Part shown: positions 15,300-25,423 of the stretch, piece after piece
Layout of the letters: every line of letters starts with the position of its first letter
Numbering within the stretch: the first letter of the stretch is position 1
Origin: a virus
Reading direction: 5' to 3' (one strand)
Length of the DNA: 26,703 nt
Virus record (IMG/VR): IMGVR_UViG_3300028042_000004
Position numbers and translations under genes: made by a program
The notes under the pieces: generated by a model
Seen by the model: only the letters and a program-made list of their open reading frames with translations
Database searches by the model: none
Told to the model about the DNA's origin: nothing

Positions 15300-17846
15300 T
15301 TATGTTATTTCAATATCTGTCACTGCTCCAGTAGCGTCTGGTTTACTGTACCATAACTTCTCTAGCGTTGGTACAGCTGGGTCATCAATATATTTCTTAC
15401 TTATAACCACTCCTTTTACTGCAAGAGGAGTACCACTCCAAACATTCTTACCATACCATCTAGGTATTGCAAATAAAGTATCAGTAAATGATACATTTGC
15501 TGGTATTGTTACTCCATGCCAGTTATGCCCAGTAACATCATGTAAATTACCGTCAATAGTAACATCTTGTAGGTCATCTAAAACAGTTCTCCTAATAATA
15601 CTATTAAGTACCACATTTTCATTATAACCATGGGTATTTCTAGACATTATACTAGAGTATTGAATATTTGCTCCTGGCTTCACCAAAGAGTCTTTTAACC
15701 AAATTCCTCTATTATATGACATAGCCCCAGCCAATACTGTACTATTAACTATATGTATTTCACCATTAGCATGTATCCAGTTAGACATATAAAATATCGT
15801 ATTAGAACATGTGAATGTTGTGCCATTAATACTTCTTCCTGTATGAGCATCTCTAGAGGCTCCTTTTCTTATTGATATATTATGAGACATTTCTGCAGAT
15901 ATAGAAGATACTGATATACCTTCAATAAATGAAAAGCCTTCAAAATAGTTATCTTGAAACCATGCAGAACTACTTGAGATATTTATATCCCAACTTGATC
16001 CAAATACATAGTTTTTCATAGTGCCCCCGTACATAGATTTCATTGTGATCTGATATAGGAATTGTCCTATAAAAGTTGTACCATATACAGTACCATCAAG
16101 ATTTATAAAGTAATTTTCATAGTAAGCAGTATTACCTGTACCCATTAAAAGGTTACCTTGATTCTCTACTTTACTCCATAGAAATCTTTCCTGAGGGTCT
16201 GGCCCTTTACCATCCACAATTGTAAGGTCATGACTAAAAGCAAATGTTGGAAAGTTTTGAAATCTATTCTTAACTACTTGAAAACCAAATGTTCTTGTCA
16301 ATGACATATCTACTTGAGGATAACCATCTCTATCTGTCCAGTCACTGGCAACGTAATCTCTATACATTCCAGTTGTGTCTTCACCAGCTGGTCTAAATAA
16401 AGCCCACCATTCACCGTCTGTAGCGACAGGATCGTTTCCTGTATTACCAGCTTGTAGACTTATAAATAAAGCATCTTTTGATCTATCTGCAGGAAATGCA
16501 GGATCAGGCATACTACAAGTTTCTTGTTTACCATAGGGTGTAGCTGCAACATATTCAGGAGCAGTTACTGCCCATCTAGTTACTCTATACCCCACATAAT
16601 CAAACCCAGCCTCTAAAGATATCTCTAAATCTTTTCTAAAATATATCGCACCCTTAGGTTGTTCTGGTGCATCTCTTTTAACTGTTTTAGTAAAGAAAGC
16701 TCCTTGCCCAGTTACTTCCCAGTAATCGTCAATAGCGGCTGTAATAGGTACTACATCTATAGCTGCATCAAAATCTCCTTTATAATTCCATCCAGCCTCA
16801 AGGTCTTCTTTTTTTACAATCTCCCACCCTGACTCATCAACTGGATCAACTACTATAGCTCTAATTAAATCACCATACTCATTCCAATCCCACTTTGCAT
16901 CATAGTATATAACATGATCTGGATATGTGTCAGATTTTACTACGTGATTTATTTGGTTCTTAGTTAATGCATGAACGTATAAAGGCTCAACCGCAGTATC
17001 AAAGTTATATGCCAACCCATCATCTGATCCTGAATATGTTCCATCATTAAATTGACCATCGTCCATATGCCAATGTGTCTTAAAGTCTGTTATCATATAA
17101 TGTTGGCCAGGTATTAGTGATAGAGTATCTTTCAATCCTCTAAGTTCTTCATACGTAACATCTATAACAGTAAGCTCTGTACTGAATATAGGTGCCATTG
17201 GGTCTGTCTTATCAATAACAATACCGTGGCCTTCTTGTGGATCAATCTGTGTATTATCAAACACGGCTCCTGCTGGAACATCTGTCTGTACTTTAGCATC
17301 TAATTGCTGTAAACTAACAGCATCATTATTTCCAACCCCATCAGCTACTTCAAATCTAGCCATAGGATTACCATCTGTATTGGCTTTATTATCAAGCGCT
17401 AGCTGTAAATCAGTCTGATCACTAAGAGTCCCTGTTATAGATCCCCAAGTGCCTCCGCCGCCTCCGCCGCTGTTAAGTGCCCAAACACCTATACCTCCAG
17501 TAACTCTTCTTACCCAATCTCCATCTGCTGTAGGCTCTGGTATAATCGCTGGTAAAGGTGCCCAATCCTCATAATTCTGTAATTTTGTTCTAACAAATGA
17601 CCCATCAGATGTTGGTCCAGGAATTATAGGTGGGACAGGTGTCCATTCCATTATATCAAGAGGATTTTTTAATATCCATTTTTGACCAGAAGGCTCAATA
17701 GTCTCCATAAATAAATGTCTGTGCCACTCTGGAATTGCTTCCTTATTAGAGTATTCACTAGCAGGTGCTCCAAACCCAACAAGCTCTGTTGTTCTTAGTG
17801 GTTTTGGTGCTGGTAAGTTTATATTGTCGCTTAATGTTATTGACAT
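15300..17846 (-). CDS. putative tail spike / receptor-binding protein (848 aa)
   Basis: A module, two P..DG..VR....W repeats, GGGGTWGSITGTLSDQTDLQ.AL motif, VTYEEL..L.....LIPGQHY.ITDF motif, then Asn/Ser/Ile-rich beta-helix-like C-terminal third. Confidence 0.75.
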   Translation of the reverse strand: MSITLSDNINLPAPKPLRTTELVGFGAPASEYSNKEAIPEWHRHLFMETIEPSGQKWILKNPLDIMEWTPVPPIIPGPTSDGSFVRTKLQNYEDWAPLPAIIPEPTADGDWVRRVTGGIGVWALNSGGGGGGTWGSITGTLSDQTDLQLALDNKANTDGNPMARFEVADGVGNNDAVSLQQLDAKVQTDVPAGAVFDNTQIDPQEGHGIVIDKTDPMAPIFSTELTVIDVTYEELRGLKDTLSLIPGQHYMITDFKTHWHMDDGQFNDGTYSGSDDGLAYNFDTAVEPLYVHALTKNQINHVVKSDTYPDHVIYYDAKWDWNEYGDLIRAIVVDPVDESGWEIVKKEDLEAGWNYKGDFDAAIDVVPITAAIDDYWEVTGQGAFFTKTVKRDAPEQPKGAIYFRKDLEISLEAGFDYVGYRVTRWAVTAPEYVAATPYGKQETCSMPDPAFPADRSKDALFISLQAGNTGNDPVATDGEWWALFRPAGEDTTGMYRDYVASDWTDRDGYPQVDMSLTRTFGFQVVKNRFQNFPTFAFSHDLTIVDGKGPDPQERFLWSKVENQGNLLMGTGNTAYYENYFINLDGTVYGTTFIGQFLYQITMKSMYGGTMKNYVFGSSWDINISSSSAWFQDNYFEGFSFIEGISVSSISAEMSHNISIRKGASRDAHTGRSINGTTFTCSNTIFYMSNWIHANGEIHIVNSTVLAGAMSYNRGIWLKDSLVKPGANIQYSSIMSRNTHGYNENVVLNSIIRRTVLDDLQDVTIDGNLHDVTGHNWHGVTIPANVSFTDTLFAIPRWYGKNVWSGTPLAVKGVVISKKYIDDPAVPTLEKLWYSKPDATGAVTDIEIT

Positions 17847-17856
17847 ATTGTTATAT

Positions 17857-18861
17857 TTAATTTGTTAATTCTACTCCAAATGCTGCGTCTGGTCCAGTAC
17901 TAGTTGCATAAGCCGTAGCATATACATGATAGTCTGCGCCATTAACCTGCACTGTTCCTTTATCCTCAAGAGTAGTAAACGACCCATCAGCTCCAATTGA
18001 AGCGTAAGGGGCAGTAGCATCCACTCTAAATTTAGTAAAGGCATGTGTCTGTGACATTGGTACCGCAATGAAGAAGTTTTCTCCAACCACATCTACTCCT
18101 TCAAATACATTGAATGAAGGATTAGTACTAATCTCTACAAAATCGCCTGCTAATATAGTAGCCTCATCTGGCGTACCAGTAGTTGCTCCAGTAGATCCAA
18201 AATATGTCTTACCATAAACTGGTATAGCTACCCATGTAATTGTTGTTGTAATAGGAGTTGTCTCACTAGAAGTCAACGTCCATGTAACAGATGATCCACC
18301 AGGATAATTATATGTAACTCCTGCAGGTGTATACGATGTCATACCTGTAACATCTACATTAGTAATAAATCCTTTATCATCTGATAATCTCATATTAGTA
18401 GGTGCCCCATCCATATGCCACTCTATAGTAGGATTAGATATTGGAACATTCTCTGTTATAGTGCTTCCATAACCAGCTACATCTAAGTTACTTAAATTAT
18501 CTGGGAAGTGTAATTCTAATATGATTCTTTCTAACGGTGTTCCTGGAGGGTAAGGCCCTATCTGTATTGTAGAAATACAATCACAGTTACCACCGCTCCC
18601 AAACTCTTGCCAGCTAGTCATATTTAATGGAAGAGATCCATTAGCATTAGGTATAATTGAAATATATGCTACTCCATTATCTATTACTAAACTTCCTTCT
18701 TCTTTATATATTTTATCTTCTACGACGTTTATAACTATATCACCAAAGTAGAATAACCCATCTGCCTCTGAGCGTACATATCCACCTTGAAAAGGGAATG
18801 TACCAGCAGTGTTCTCTACCTTTAGATTCTTTGTTATATTTAATGATCCTCTTACTTTCAT
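17857..18861 (-). CDS. putative tail-associated structural protein (334 aa)
   Basis: Thr/Gly/Pro-rich beta protein within the fibre array; short CBM-like segment (GVAYISIIPN...SWQEFG); C-term YFGS...FFIAVP...YHVY pattern. Confidence 0.65.
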   Translation of the reverse strand: MKVRGSLNITKNLKVENTAGTFPFQGGYVRSEADGLFYFGDIVINVVEDKIYKEEGSLVIDNGVAYISIIPNANGSLPLNMTSWQEFGSGGNCDCISTIQIGPYPPGTPLERIILELHFPDNLSNLDVAGYGSTITENVPISNPTIEWHMDGAPTNMRLSDDKGFITNVDVTGMTSYTPAGVTYNYPGGSSVTWTLTSSETTPITTTITWVAIPVYGKTYFGSTGATTGTPDEATILAGDFVEISTNPSFNVFEGVDVVGENFFIAVPMSQTHAFTKFRVDATAPYASIGADGSFTTLEDKGTVQVNGADYHVYATAYATSTGPDAAFGVELTN

Positions 18862-18863
18862 AA

Positions 18864-19424
18864 TTACAGAATTGTTATATTAAATTGCTCTGATACAGTT
18901 GGAGCAGGATCCAGTACTATTAATATACCATCATTATTGATCTCTATCTTATCTGGAAACTCCATTTCTGTATATGTACTCGCACTAGACTTTAGAAATG
19001 CTTGAGCGCTGCTCTTATCAAATAAAACGCTATATGGTAGTAAACTATTATCTATCTGAAAACCAGACACTCCAGTATTACTGTATATAACATCAATTTT
19101 CACAACCTTATCATATATCACAAAGTTATATGACTTACCACTATAGTCTGGGTCATACACAGGATATGTATAGGGAGTGCTAAGCAGCCCAAAATCTGAC
19201 TCAGTCCATATATATGACATACTAGATGCTTTTGATTTAATTACTAAATTATCATAAAGCACTGCTCTAAAATCATTCTCCTTCTCTGTGAACGGTGCAC
19301 TAAATGCCTCCACTACCACAGTCTCACTCAGAACGTCAAGTCTATCGTCAACAGGCCTTGCTTCAGTAATCTGAAGACCAGCCGTTCTTATAATATTCTC
19401 GTATTGTTTTACTTTCTCTGCCAT
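18864..19424 (-). CDS. putative tail fibre adaptor (186 aa)
   Basis: N-term GLQITEARPVDDRL resembles the C module (GVRIADDSPIDGDRY); C-term DKIEINNDGILIVLDPAPTVSEQFNITIL resembles the E module. Confidence 0.65.
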   Translation of the reverse strand: MAEKVKQYENIIRTAGLQITEARPVDDRLDVLSETVVVEAFSAPFTEKENDFRAVLYDNLVIKSKASSMSYIWTESDFGLLSTPYTYPVYDPDYSGKSYNFVIYDKVVKIDVIYSNTGVSGFQIDNSLLPYSVLFDKSSAQAFLKSSASTYTEMEFPDKIEINNDGILIVLDPAPTVSEQFNITIL

Positions 19425-19427
19425 GTC

Positions 19428-20855
19428 TTAATGTCTTTTTAAGGTATAGTCTGATGCATTTGTAGATGAAGAAGAAGCTTCCGCATATAAGTAAGCATCG
19501 AAACCATTTCCAAGGTCGATTATATTAAATGCTGATAATGGTACCTCACCTGTTGGTTGGTAAAACTTAACAACACCCCACTCTTGTGGTATTTCTATTA
19601 CAAAGTGTACCTTCGCTATAGATCCTGATGGATTATAAACTGGTGCACTAATATACACTCCACTATCTATCATTGTGATAGGCACATCTTGTGTAAATAT
19701 GTCTCTAGGTATTCTATTGTTATATTCAATAAGATCCTGTGCGGTACCTAAACCACCTATCTTAACCCAAGCTCCAAGACCTGTGTCGTAGTAGTTCATG
19801 ATAGCCTCATCAAGGTATCCTGCAATAGCATCAATAGTTTGAGCTGGAATATTAACAGTAGTTCTATCTGTAGCAAGTTGTACAAAGTTTGAATCAACCT
19901 GGCTCTCAACTTTCAGATAATATCTTGTATGGAAGAAGTTTCCTTCTGCTCCAGATATCACATCAGCAACATGTCCAGAGATATCAAGCGTTGTTGTACC
20001 AGAATCAAGAATAACCTCAGGGCTACTTCCAGATACCATAGTAACTTGCCATCTATAAGAATCTCCACCTGGATTTAATACAGAATAGTTTATATCTATA
20101 TCATATGTTCCTGGTGTACCTATAAATTCAGGTAATGAAATAATAGATCCAGATATTGGCTGGAATTCTAATAATTCATATTTAACATTAGCAAGAAGCT
20201 TCTCATCTAACACAGTACCATCACTTGTAAGGTCATAAACAACTACAAGAGTAAATGGAATAGTTTCACCTATTCTATCTAAGTACTCCTCATTGGATAC
20301 AAAATATGAAAGCTCTACTAAATTACCAGAACTATCAATTATAAGTCCATTGTTCGTAGCAAGGCCAGATCCAGAGTATATAGGAACTTCCCCACCGTCT
20401 TTCAGTATAGACCAGTAGATATTCTTACCATCTCTTGGCTCTATAGCAAAGTTAAATATAATCTTATCATTTCTACCTGTATATCTGTTTAGATAGAAAG
20501 TAGTTATAACAGGCGCTAAGTTGCTTGTCATAAAGCCGAACTGGTTGTTGTTTCTCATATAAACTACAAGAACATCTACTCTCTGCCCACTAAAGGCATT
20601 AAGAGGGTCCCCTGAATTACTTATATGAATCTCAAATTCGCTATCAACAAAGAAATGCATTCCCTCAATCAAGTTAATACCATTGACTGTAAGAGATACT
20701 ATCTTATCTATCCCAAACTCTGTTGTGAAGATAGTTGTATTTCCTTCATTCCTTAAATTTGAGCTAACCCCAAGCTCTCCAAATTCTTGTCTAAACTTGA
20801 CGTTGTTAGTTCTTACTACTAGCTCGCTCTGAATTATGTTATGTATCTTTTTCAT
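19428..20855 (-). CDS. putative tail-associated structural protein (475 aa)
   Basis: Translationally coupled to the stabilization gene. N-term G.TT.FT...V.L.VNG..L.EG..F...V.V.Y resembles fibre-attachment domains, followed by Ig-like beta segments. Confidence 0.65.
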   Translation of the reverse strand: MKKIHNIIQSELVVRTNNVKFRQEFGELGVSSNLRNEGNTTIFTTEFGIDKIVSLTVNGINLIEGMHFFVDSEFEIHISNSGDPLNAFSGQRVDVLVVYMRNNNQFGFMTSNLAPVITTFYLNRYTGRNDKIIFNFAIEPRDGKNIYWSILKDGGEVPIYSGSGLATNNGLIIDSSGNLVELSYFVSNEEYLDRIGETIPFTLVVVYDLTSDGTVLDEKLLANVKYELLEFQPISGSIISLPEFIGTPGTYDIDINYSVLNPGGDSYRWQVTMVSGSSPEVILDSGTTTLDISGHVADVISGAEGNFFHTRYYLKVESQVDSNFVQLATDRTTVNIPAQTIDAIAGYLDEAIMNYYDTGLGAWVKIGGLGTAQDLIEYNNRIPRDIFTQDVPITMIDSGVYISAPVYNPSGSIAKVHFVIEIPQEWGVVKFYQPTGEVPLSAFNIIDLGNGFDAYLYAEASSSSTNASDYTLKRH

Positions 20856-23800
20856 TAATTTTGACTTATACTTAATATCGATATTACTGCTTGTACGAAT
20901 AGTTCATCATTACCTTCATAAACAAATCTTACCTTTATATGCTTATCTCTTATTCTTTTATTATTAGCTTTTGTTATTGAATTACCTACCTTACCAGCTT
21001 CAATATATAATTTACTGTCTCTATAGTATGCATTCTGATCAAGTATTCCAATACCAAGGTTTCTTCGTGCTACTGAACTATCTCCCCTAACTTTTATAGG
21101 TTGAACAGTTACTCTGCTCTTAGCCTCTTCTCCCCAAATATCTATAGCTGGGTCGTTTACGTCTCCTGAGGTAGTATAAATAACCTCTGTTGGAATTCTC
21201 TTATTACATAATACTAAAATATTTTCTAAAATCTTCTCGTACGTCGGTTTATCATTCAAAATTATTTCGAACTCCACAGTATAGTCGATTCCTCTAATCC
21301 TATTTCTAATATATTTACCAGTAGCAGGGTCTATAAGAGCGTCTTCTTTCCATATATTATGTGTCTCACTAAAACCAAATGAAAATTCATCTGAAGTAAT
21401 CTTAAGTAAAAACTTATTTCCTTCAGAAAGTCTAGCCATCCATTTTTGTATAACTGTATTATAGCTTAGGGCCCCAACATGATATTGATCACCAGTCTCT
21501 ATATTTTCAGCAACGTATGTAATGTATAGGGTATGCTTTATATGATTAAAAGTACTATATACCCTTGCCCTATAAATAGCGTTTTCATCACCCTCAACAA
21601 TACCTCCCTGAACTATTTTCTTTTTAAATTTCTGTAAAAGTGTCTTAATAGCAAACTCACTAATTACCTTAATCTTTCCACCCACATACATCCAAACAGC
21701 ATCAGAGTTATAATCTACTCCAAGTACAGTCGAATCACTTTTAACAATAGATTCTGGATGATCTGTCCCATACAGGTCAGATATGATTGCTGGCTTAGGA
21801 CTAAGTGCTTTGGCCGTGTCAACATAAATGTCAGATCCTTCTGCAAGAAGAGTTCTATCATCTACTGCAATAGCAAGTATACCTTTTCTATGTATAGACA
21901 GTAAAAGACTATTTACAGTGATTATCTTTACAATAGGACCATAATCAAGACCATAGTCTCTATAATTGAATCCTCTAAGATCTCTAAATGAGTTATAAAA
22001 CTCCTGCGCCTGATTCTTCTCAGACAACATAATTCTATTAGGAAACTCTGTGCTAAAAATAGCAGCATTCTCTTCTATTCTAAAATACTCTATCACGTTA
22101 TTATCTGGTGAGTATCCTTGATTATACACAACAGAGTCTGGCCTAGGATCCCCTAGAATCATTTCTCCACGATTAGGATAGAAATCTCTATCATACCCTA
22201 CACCCTTAAGTTCCTCAGGAGAAGAGGGCTCTATACTTCTTATGTCTGCATTTATATTAGAGTATGTTACTATCTCTATAATTTGCCCAACATCATATAG
22301 GTTACGACCTTTGTCTTTTTTCCATGTCTCTAAAATATTTTCATCCTTATAATCATCCTTCACAGGCTTATTTATACCGATACCAAAGGTACCAGCATCC
22401 CCTGCAGAAGCAGACAATACGCCAACACCATTTTTATATGTTACTCTTTTATAAAACTTTGATATAAAGCCATCACCTTGAAATAAGTCCATCTTATCAG
22501 TGGTCATAGGCACTCTATCTGTTATACTAGCATATGGTTTATTATTATCATATTTATAGATATCTATTATATCATTTCTTTGCCATCTTCCAAAAGGAGA
22601 TCTAAATAAGTTTGCTAAATGCCCAACATTAAGGAATACGCCGTCAGATACTCCTGGCTTCTCGCTGTCCGCCCATTCTATACATTTTGGTGGGTGGTAT
22701 ATATAATTTACATCAGTATACCCCCAAGACCATTTTGTACATTCTAAGGATCCCCCATATTCTAGGCACTGTATCACATTAGACTTATTAGGAAGGTCTA
22801 GTATATCATTAGTAACTTCTCCTCTATATACGAATTCTGGTATCTTCTGTAATTCTGCTGTTTCTATTTTCACACCAAGATATACTGAGTATGATTGTGA
22901 TATCATTGAATATGGCTTAAAATATCCACCATTCCATTTCTCATCAATGGCCCCATAGTTTCCATATCTAGATGTAGGAGTTATAAAGTTCCATTCTGGC
23001 CCATAAGCACCATTCCTTTCTGTAAAAGGAGCATATGGAAGGACTATACTGTTAGTAGCCTGATCGTCGTCAGACATAAGTCCTAATGCCCTATCTGTCT
23101 TACCAGTAAATGACCCTTCTGCTGTAATTTGACTACCAGAAGAGATAAGTGTTGTTTTTACCTTATTAGAAGATATTGTAATAAAAGGTGCTCTAGAAAA
23201 TGCCACTGGCTCTGAATTAAATGCAATAACATTCTGTTCTTTATCCTTATATCTTTCACTTGTAGAGGTAATCATAGGATATATATCTGCCTCAGCAACT
23301 GGTGACGCCCCATTAAGAGTCTCCTGTATCTCAAACGAAGGTGTAGATCCTGTAAGTAAATTATTAATTGTAGGTAGATTAAGATCTATCTCTGCAGAGA
23401 AGAATGCTAAATGCTGCTCACCAGTAGGTTCCCCATGCCTATCAACAGTCTCTGAATACACATCACTACCAGCATGTTGCCCTATAGAACCAATAGCAGC
23501 ATATACATCCGCACTATTCGTAATATTGATTACCTGAGTAGGTAATGGAGCGTATACTACATTAAAGTCTGGTGTAAATATAGGGTCACCACCTTTTTCA
23601 AGCGCCATATACTTAGTGTTAAGACCAATTCTAAAATCCTCTCTAGTATAAGGCGTTAAGTATCTCTTATTAGCAATAAAGTCAGCATGTTTATCTTTTT
23701 CAGAAGTATCTGTAAGTCTTGGAGATATTCCAGGTTTACTAGCTGGAAGCTTTATTGTTGGGTTCATCATACCCTGCATAAGGACATTCTTAACCCTTTT

Positions 23801-25423
23801 TCTACGTACTATAAAGAATCCTGATGCTATCTCTTTAAGCCCTGGAAAATTTGCTAATTTACTAGTATCTGCTTCAGCATATGTAATATATCTAAGCCCT
23901 TCTCCACCACATTCTGGATCATAAATCCTACTTCCTTTACTGAATCTAAATATTCCTTTATGATTTATAAGTCCTTGTTGTGAAAAGCCATCTGGTTCTA
24001 TTACTACATCTGGATAACCATTTAAAAAGAATGGAGAGTTTTCTAACATACTATCTATGTTATCACATCCAGTAATAGGAAATGCTGGGGAAAGCCCTTT
24101 ATTTCTTAACATAAATACTACAGCAAACTCATAAACTTCTCCAGGCCAGTAACCTAGGTATTTTGCGGCGGTGTTAGGGTCGCTATATGATGTCTCAATT
24201 ACCTTAGAACGCTCCCATAAAAAAACATCTTTGGCTGCATTCTCTAGTAATAGGATATGTTCCTCAAGAAGTGTAGACTTTATACCAGCTAGTGCTATTC
24301 TATCATTTACAATATCGATAGATTTAACAGAATCTATTGGTGAAAATGGTGTATTAATTTCCTCTACTTTAATCGATTTAACAGACTCAAGGCCACTATG
24401 CTTTATAGTAACTTTTCCGTCAGTAATAACATATACATAGTTTATTTTAAAATATGCCCCAACAGCAGATGGGTATCCATCAAAATGTGCAAAATAAACT
24501 TGAATTCCTATATAAGAACTATCAAGGTCCTCTAATCTGAATATTGTTGTTTTATCTGATATCTGGTTTTTATTAAGCCCTAGGCCCTCACTGGATATTG
24601 GTATAAGAGGTGACTCATACAGCACATCAGTTGTGTTTCCTTCTTGTGTAACATATTTAAAAAAGTATTTATATCCACCACCACGTAGGGATCCTCCTTC
24701 TTCTACTTTAAATTCTGCTATAGTAATAGGTACATCACTAAGTTGTAATAAAGCTATTCTATCCCAGTCATTATCAGAATATATATTTCCATCATTATCC
24801 CCACGACGTTCAGCAAGCTCAACTATGCCGTAGACATCTGTGCTCTTAAATCTAGACCCTATTATCTTTGGTGGTGTATTACCATCAGTAAATATGATAT
24901 TAGCAGATCTATCAAAATCTCCTTGTACTTTTACATCAATAAATCTATTCTTTATAAATTCAAAATTAGCAGATATAAAAGGATCGGTGTAGTCTCCAGG
25001 TAAACTAGGGTTAGTTTTAAAGTTATGTAGAGGTGAAAATTTTTGTTCTAACTTAGATATACCAACAGTATTAAGTGCATTCCAATCTGGGCTAGGAAAT
25101 GTTCCTATTGTACCCGCTAAGAATGTTCCTGCGCCATCAAACGCTCCAGCTAGTATGTAAGCGATATCATTATAAACTCTTAACCCTAAAGGTATAAATC
25201 TATAAGACACATTACCCACAACATGTTCACCTAAATCAACAACCTTATCATCAAATGACATTGTTGTATTTCCTTTAGTGTTCTGATATAAATACTGATT
25301 CTCACCAATAGTTATTAGCTCCATATTAAGAGAATCAGATACACTATCCATAGGTTGATTAAAAACACTAAGGTCTGTAATCAATCCACCGTTAAACGAG
25401 TTATTTATTGATACTTTTGTCAT
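20855..25423 (-). CDS. tail stabilization (muzzle) protein, crAss-like
   Basis: Recognised motifs NSFNGGLITDL...LN..LIT..ENQY..QN..GN, GG.L..G.Y..FFKY....GN.TD...ES, GYWPGEVYEFAVVF....LSPAF.I.G and C-terminal RIRDKHIKVRF.Y.G; 1522 aa. Confidence 0.85.
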   Translation of the reverse strand: MTKVSINNSFNGGLITDLSVFNQPMDSVSDSLNMELITIGENQYLYQNTKGNTTMSFDDKVVDLGEHVVGNVSYRFIPLGLRVYNDIAYILAGAFDGAGTFLAGTIGTFPSPDWNALNTVGISKLEQKFSPLHNFKTNPSLPGDYTDPFISANFEFIKNRFIDVKVQGDFDRSANIIFTDGNTPPKIIGSRFKSTDVYGIVELAERRGDNDGNIYSDNDWDRIALLQLSDVPITIAEFKVEEGGSLRGGGYKYFFKYVTQEGNTTDVLYESPLIPISSEGLGLNKNQISDKTTIFRLEDLDSSYIGIQVYFAHFDGYPSAVGAYFKINYVYVITDGKVTIKHSGLESVKSIKVEEINTPFSPIDSVKSIDIVNDRIALAGIKSTLLEEHILLLENAAKDVFLWERSKVIETSYSDPNTAAKYLGYWPGEVYEFAVVFMLRNKGLSPAFPITGCDNIDSMLENSPFFLNGYPDVVIEPDGFSQQGLINHKGIFRFSKGSRIYDPECGGEGLRYITYAEADTSKLANFPGLKEIASGFFIVRRKRVKNVLMQGMMNPTIKLPASKPGISPRLTDTSEKDKHADFIANKRYLTPYTREDFRIGLNTKYMALEKGGDPIFTPDFNVVYAPLPTQVINITNSADVYAAIGSIGQHAGSDVYSETVDRHGEPTGEQHLAFFSAEIDLNLPTINNLLTGSTPSFEIQETLNGASPVAEADIYPMITSTSERYKDKEQNVIAFNSEPVAFSRAPFITISSNKVKTTLISSGSQITAEGSFTGKTDRALGLMSDDDQATNSIVLPYAPFTERNGAYGPEWNFITPTSRYGNYGAIDEKWNGGYFKPYSMISQSYSVYLGVKIETAELQKIPEFVYRGEVTNDILDLPNKSNVIQCLEYGGSLECTKWSWGYTDVNYIYHPPKCIEWADSEKPGVSDGVFLNVGHLANLFRSPFGRWQRNDIIDIYKYDNNKPYASITDRVPMTTDKMDLFQGDGFISKFYKRVTYKNGVGVLSASAGDAGTFGIGINKPVKDDYKDENILETWKKDKGRNLYDVGQIIEIVTYSNINADIRSIEPSSPEELKGVGYDRDFYPNRGEMILGDPRPDSVVYNQGYSPDNNVIEYFRIEENAAIFSTEFPNRIMLSEKNQAQEFYNSFRDLRGFNYRDYGLDYGPIVKIITVNSLLLSIHRKGILAIAVDDRTLLAEGSDIYVDTAKALSPKPAIISDLYGTDHPESIVKSDSTVLGVDYNSDAVWMYVGGKIKVISEFAIKTLLQKFKKKIVQGGIVEGDENAIYRARVYSTFNHIKHTLYITYVAENIETGDQYHVGALSYNTVIQKWMARLSEGNKFLLKITSDEFSFGFSETHNIWKEDALIDPATGKYIRNRIRGIDYTVEFEIILNDKPTYEKILENILVLCNKRIPTEVIYTTSGDVNDPAIDIWGEEAKSRVTVQPIKVRGDSSVARRNLGIGILDQNAYYRDSKLYIEAGKVGNSITKANNKRIRDKHIKVRFVYEGNDELFVQAVISILSISQN

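Noticed and set aside
17451-17470. GC-rich short repeat gcctccgccgcctccgccgc
   Set aside because: Simply encodes a poly-Gly linker in the 848-aa protein.
9249-17846. Diversity-generating retroelement or invertase-driven fibre shufflon
   Set aside because: No reverse transcriptase or recombinase in the window, no near-identical repeat differing only at adenines, and all cassettes are complete co-oriented genes without inverted crossover sites.
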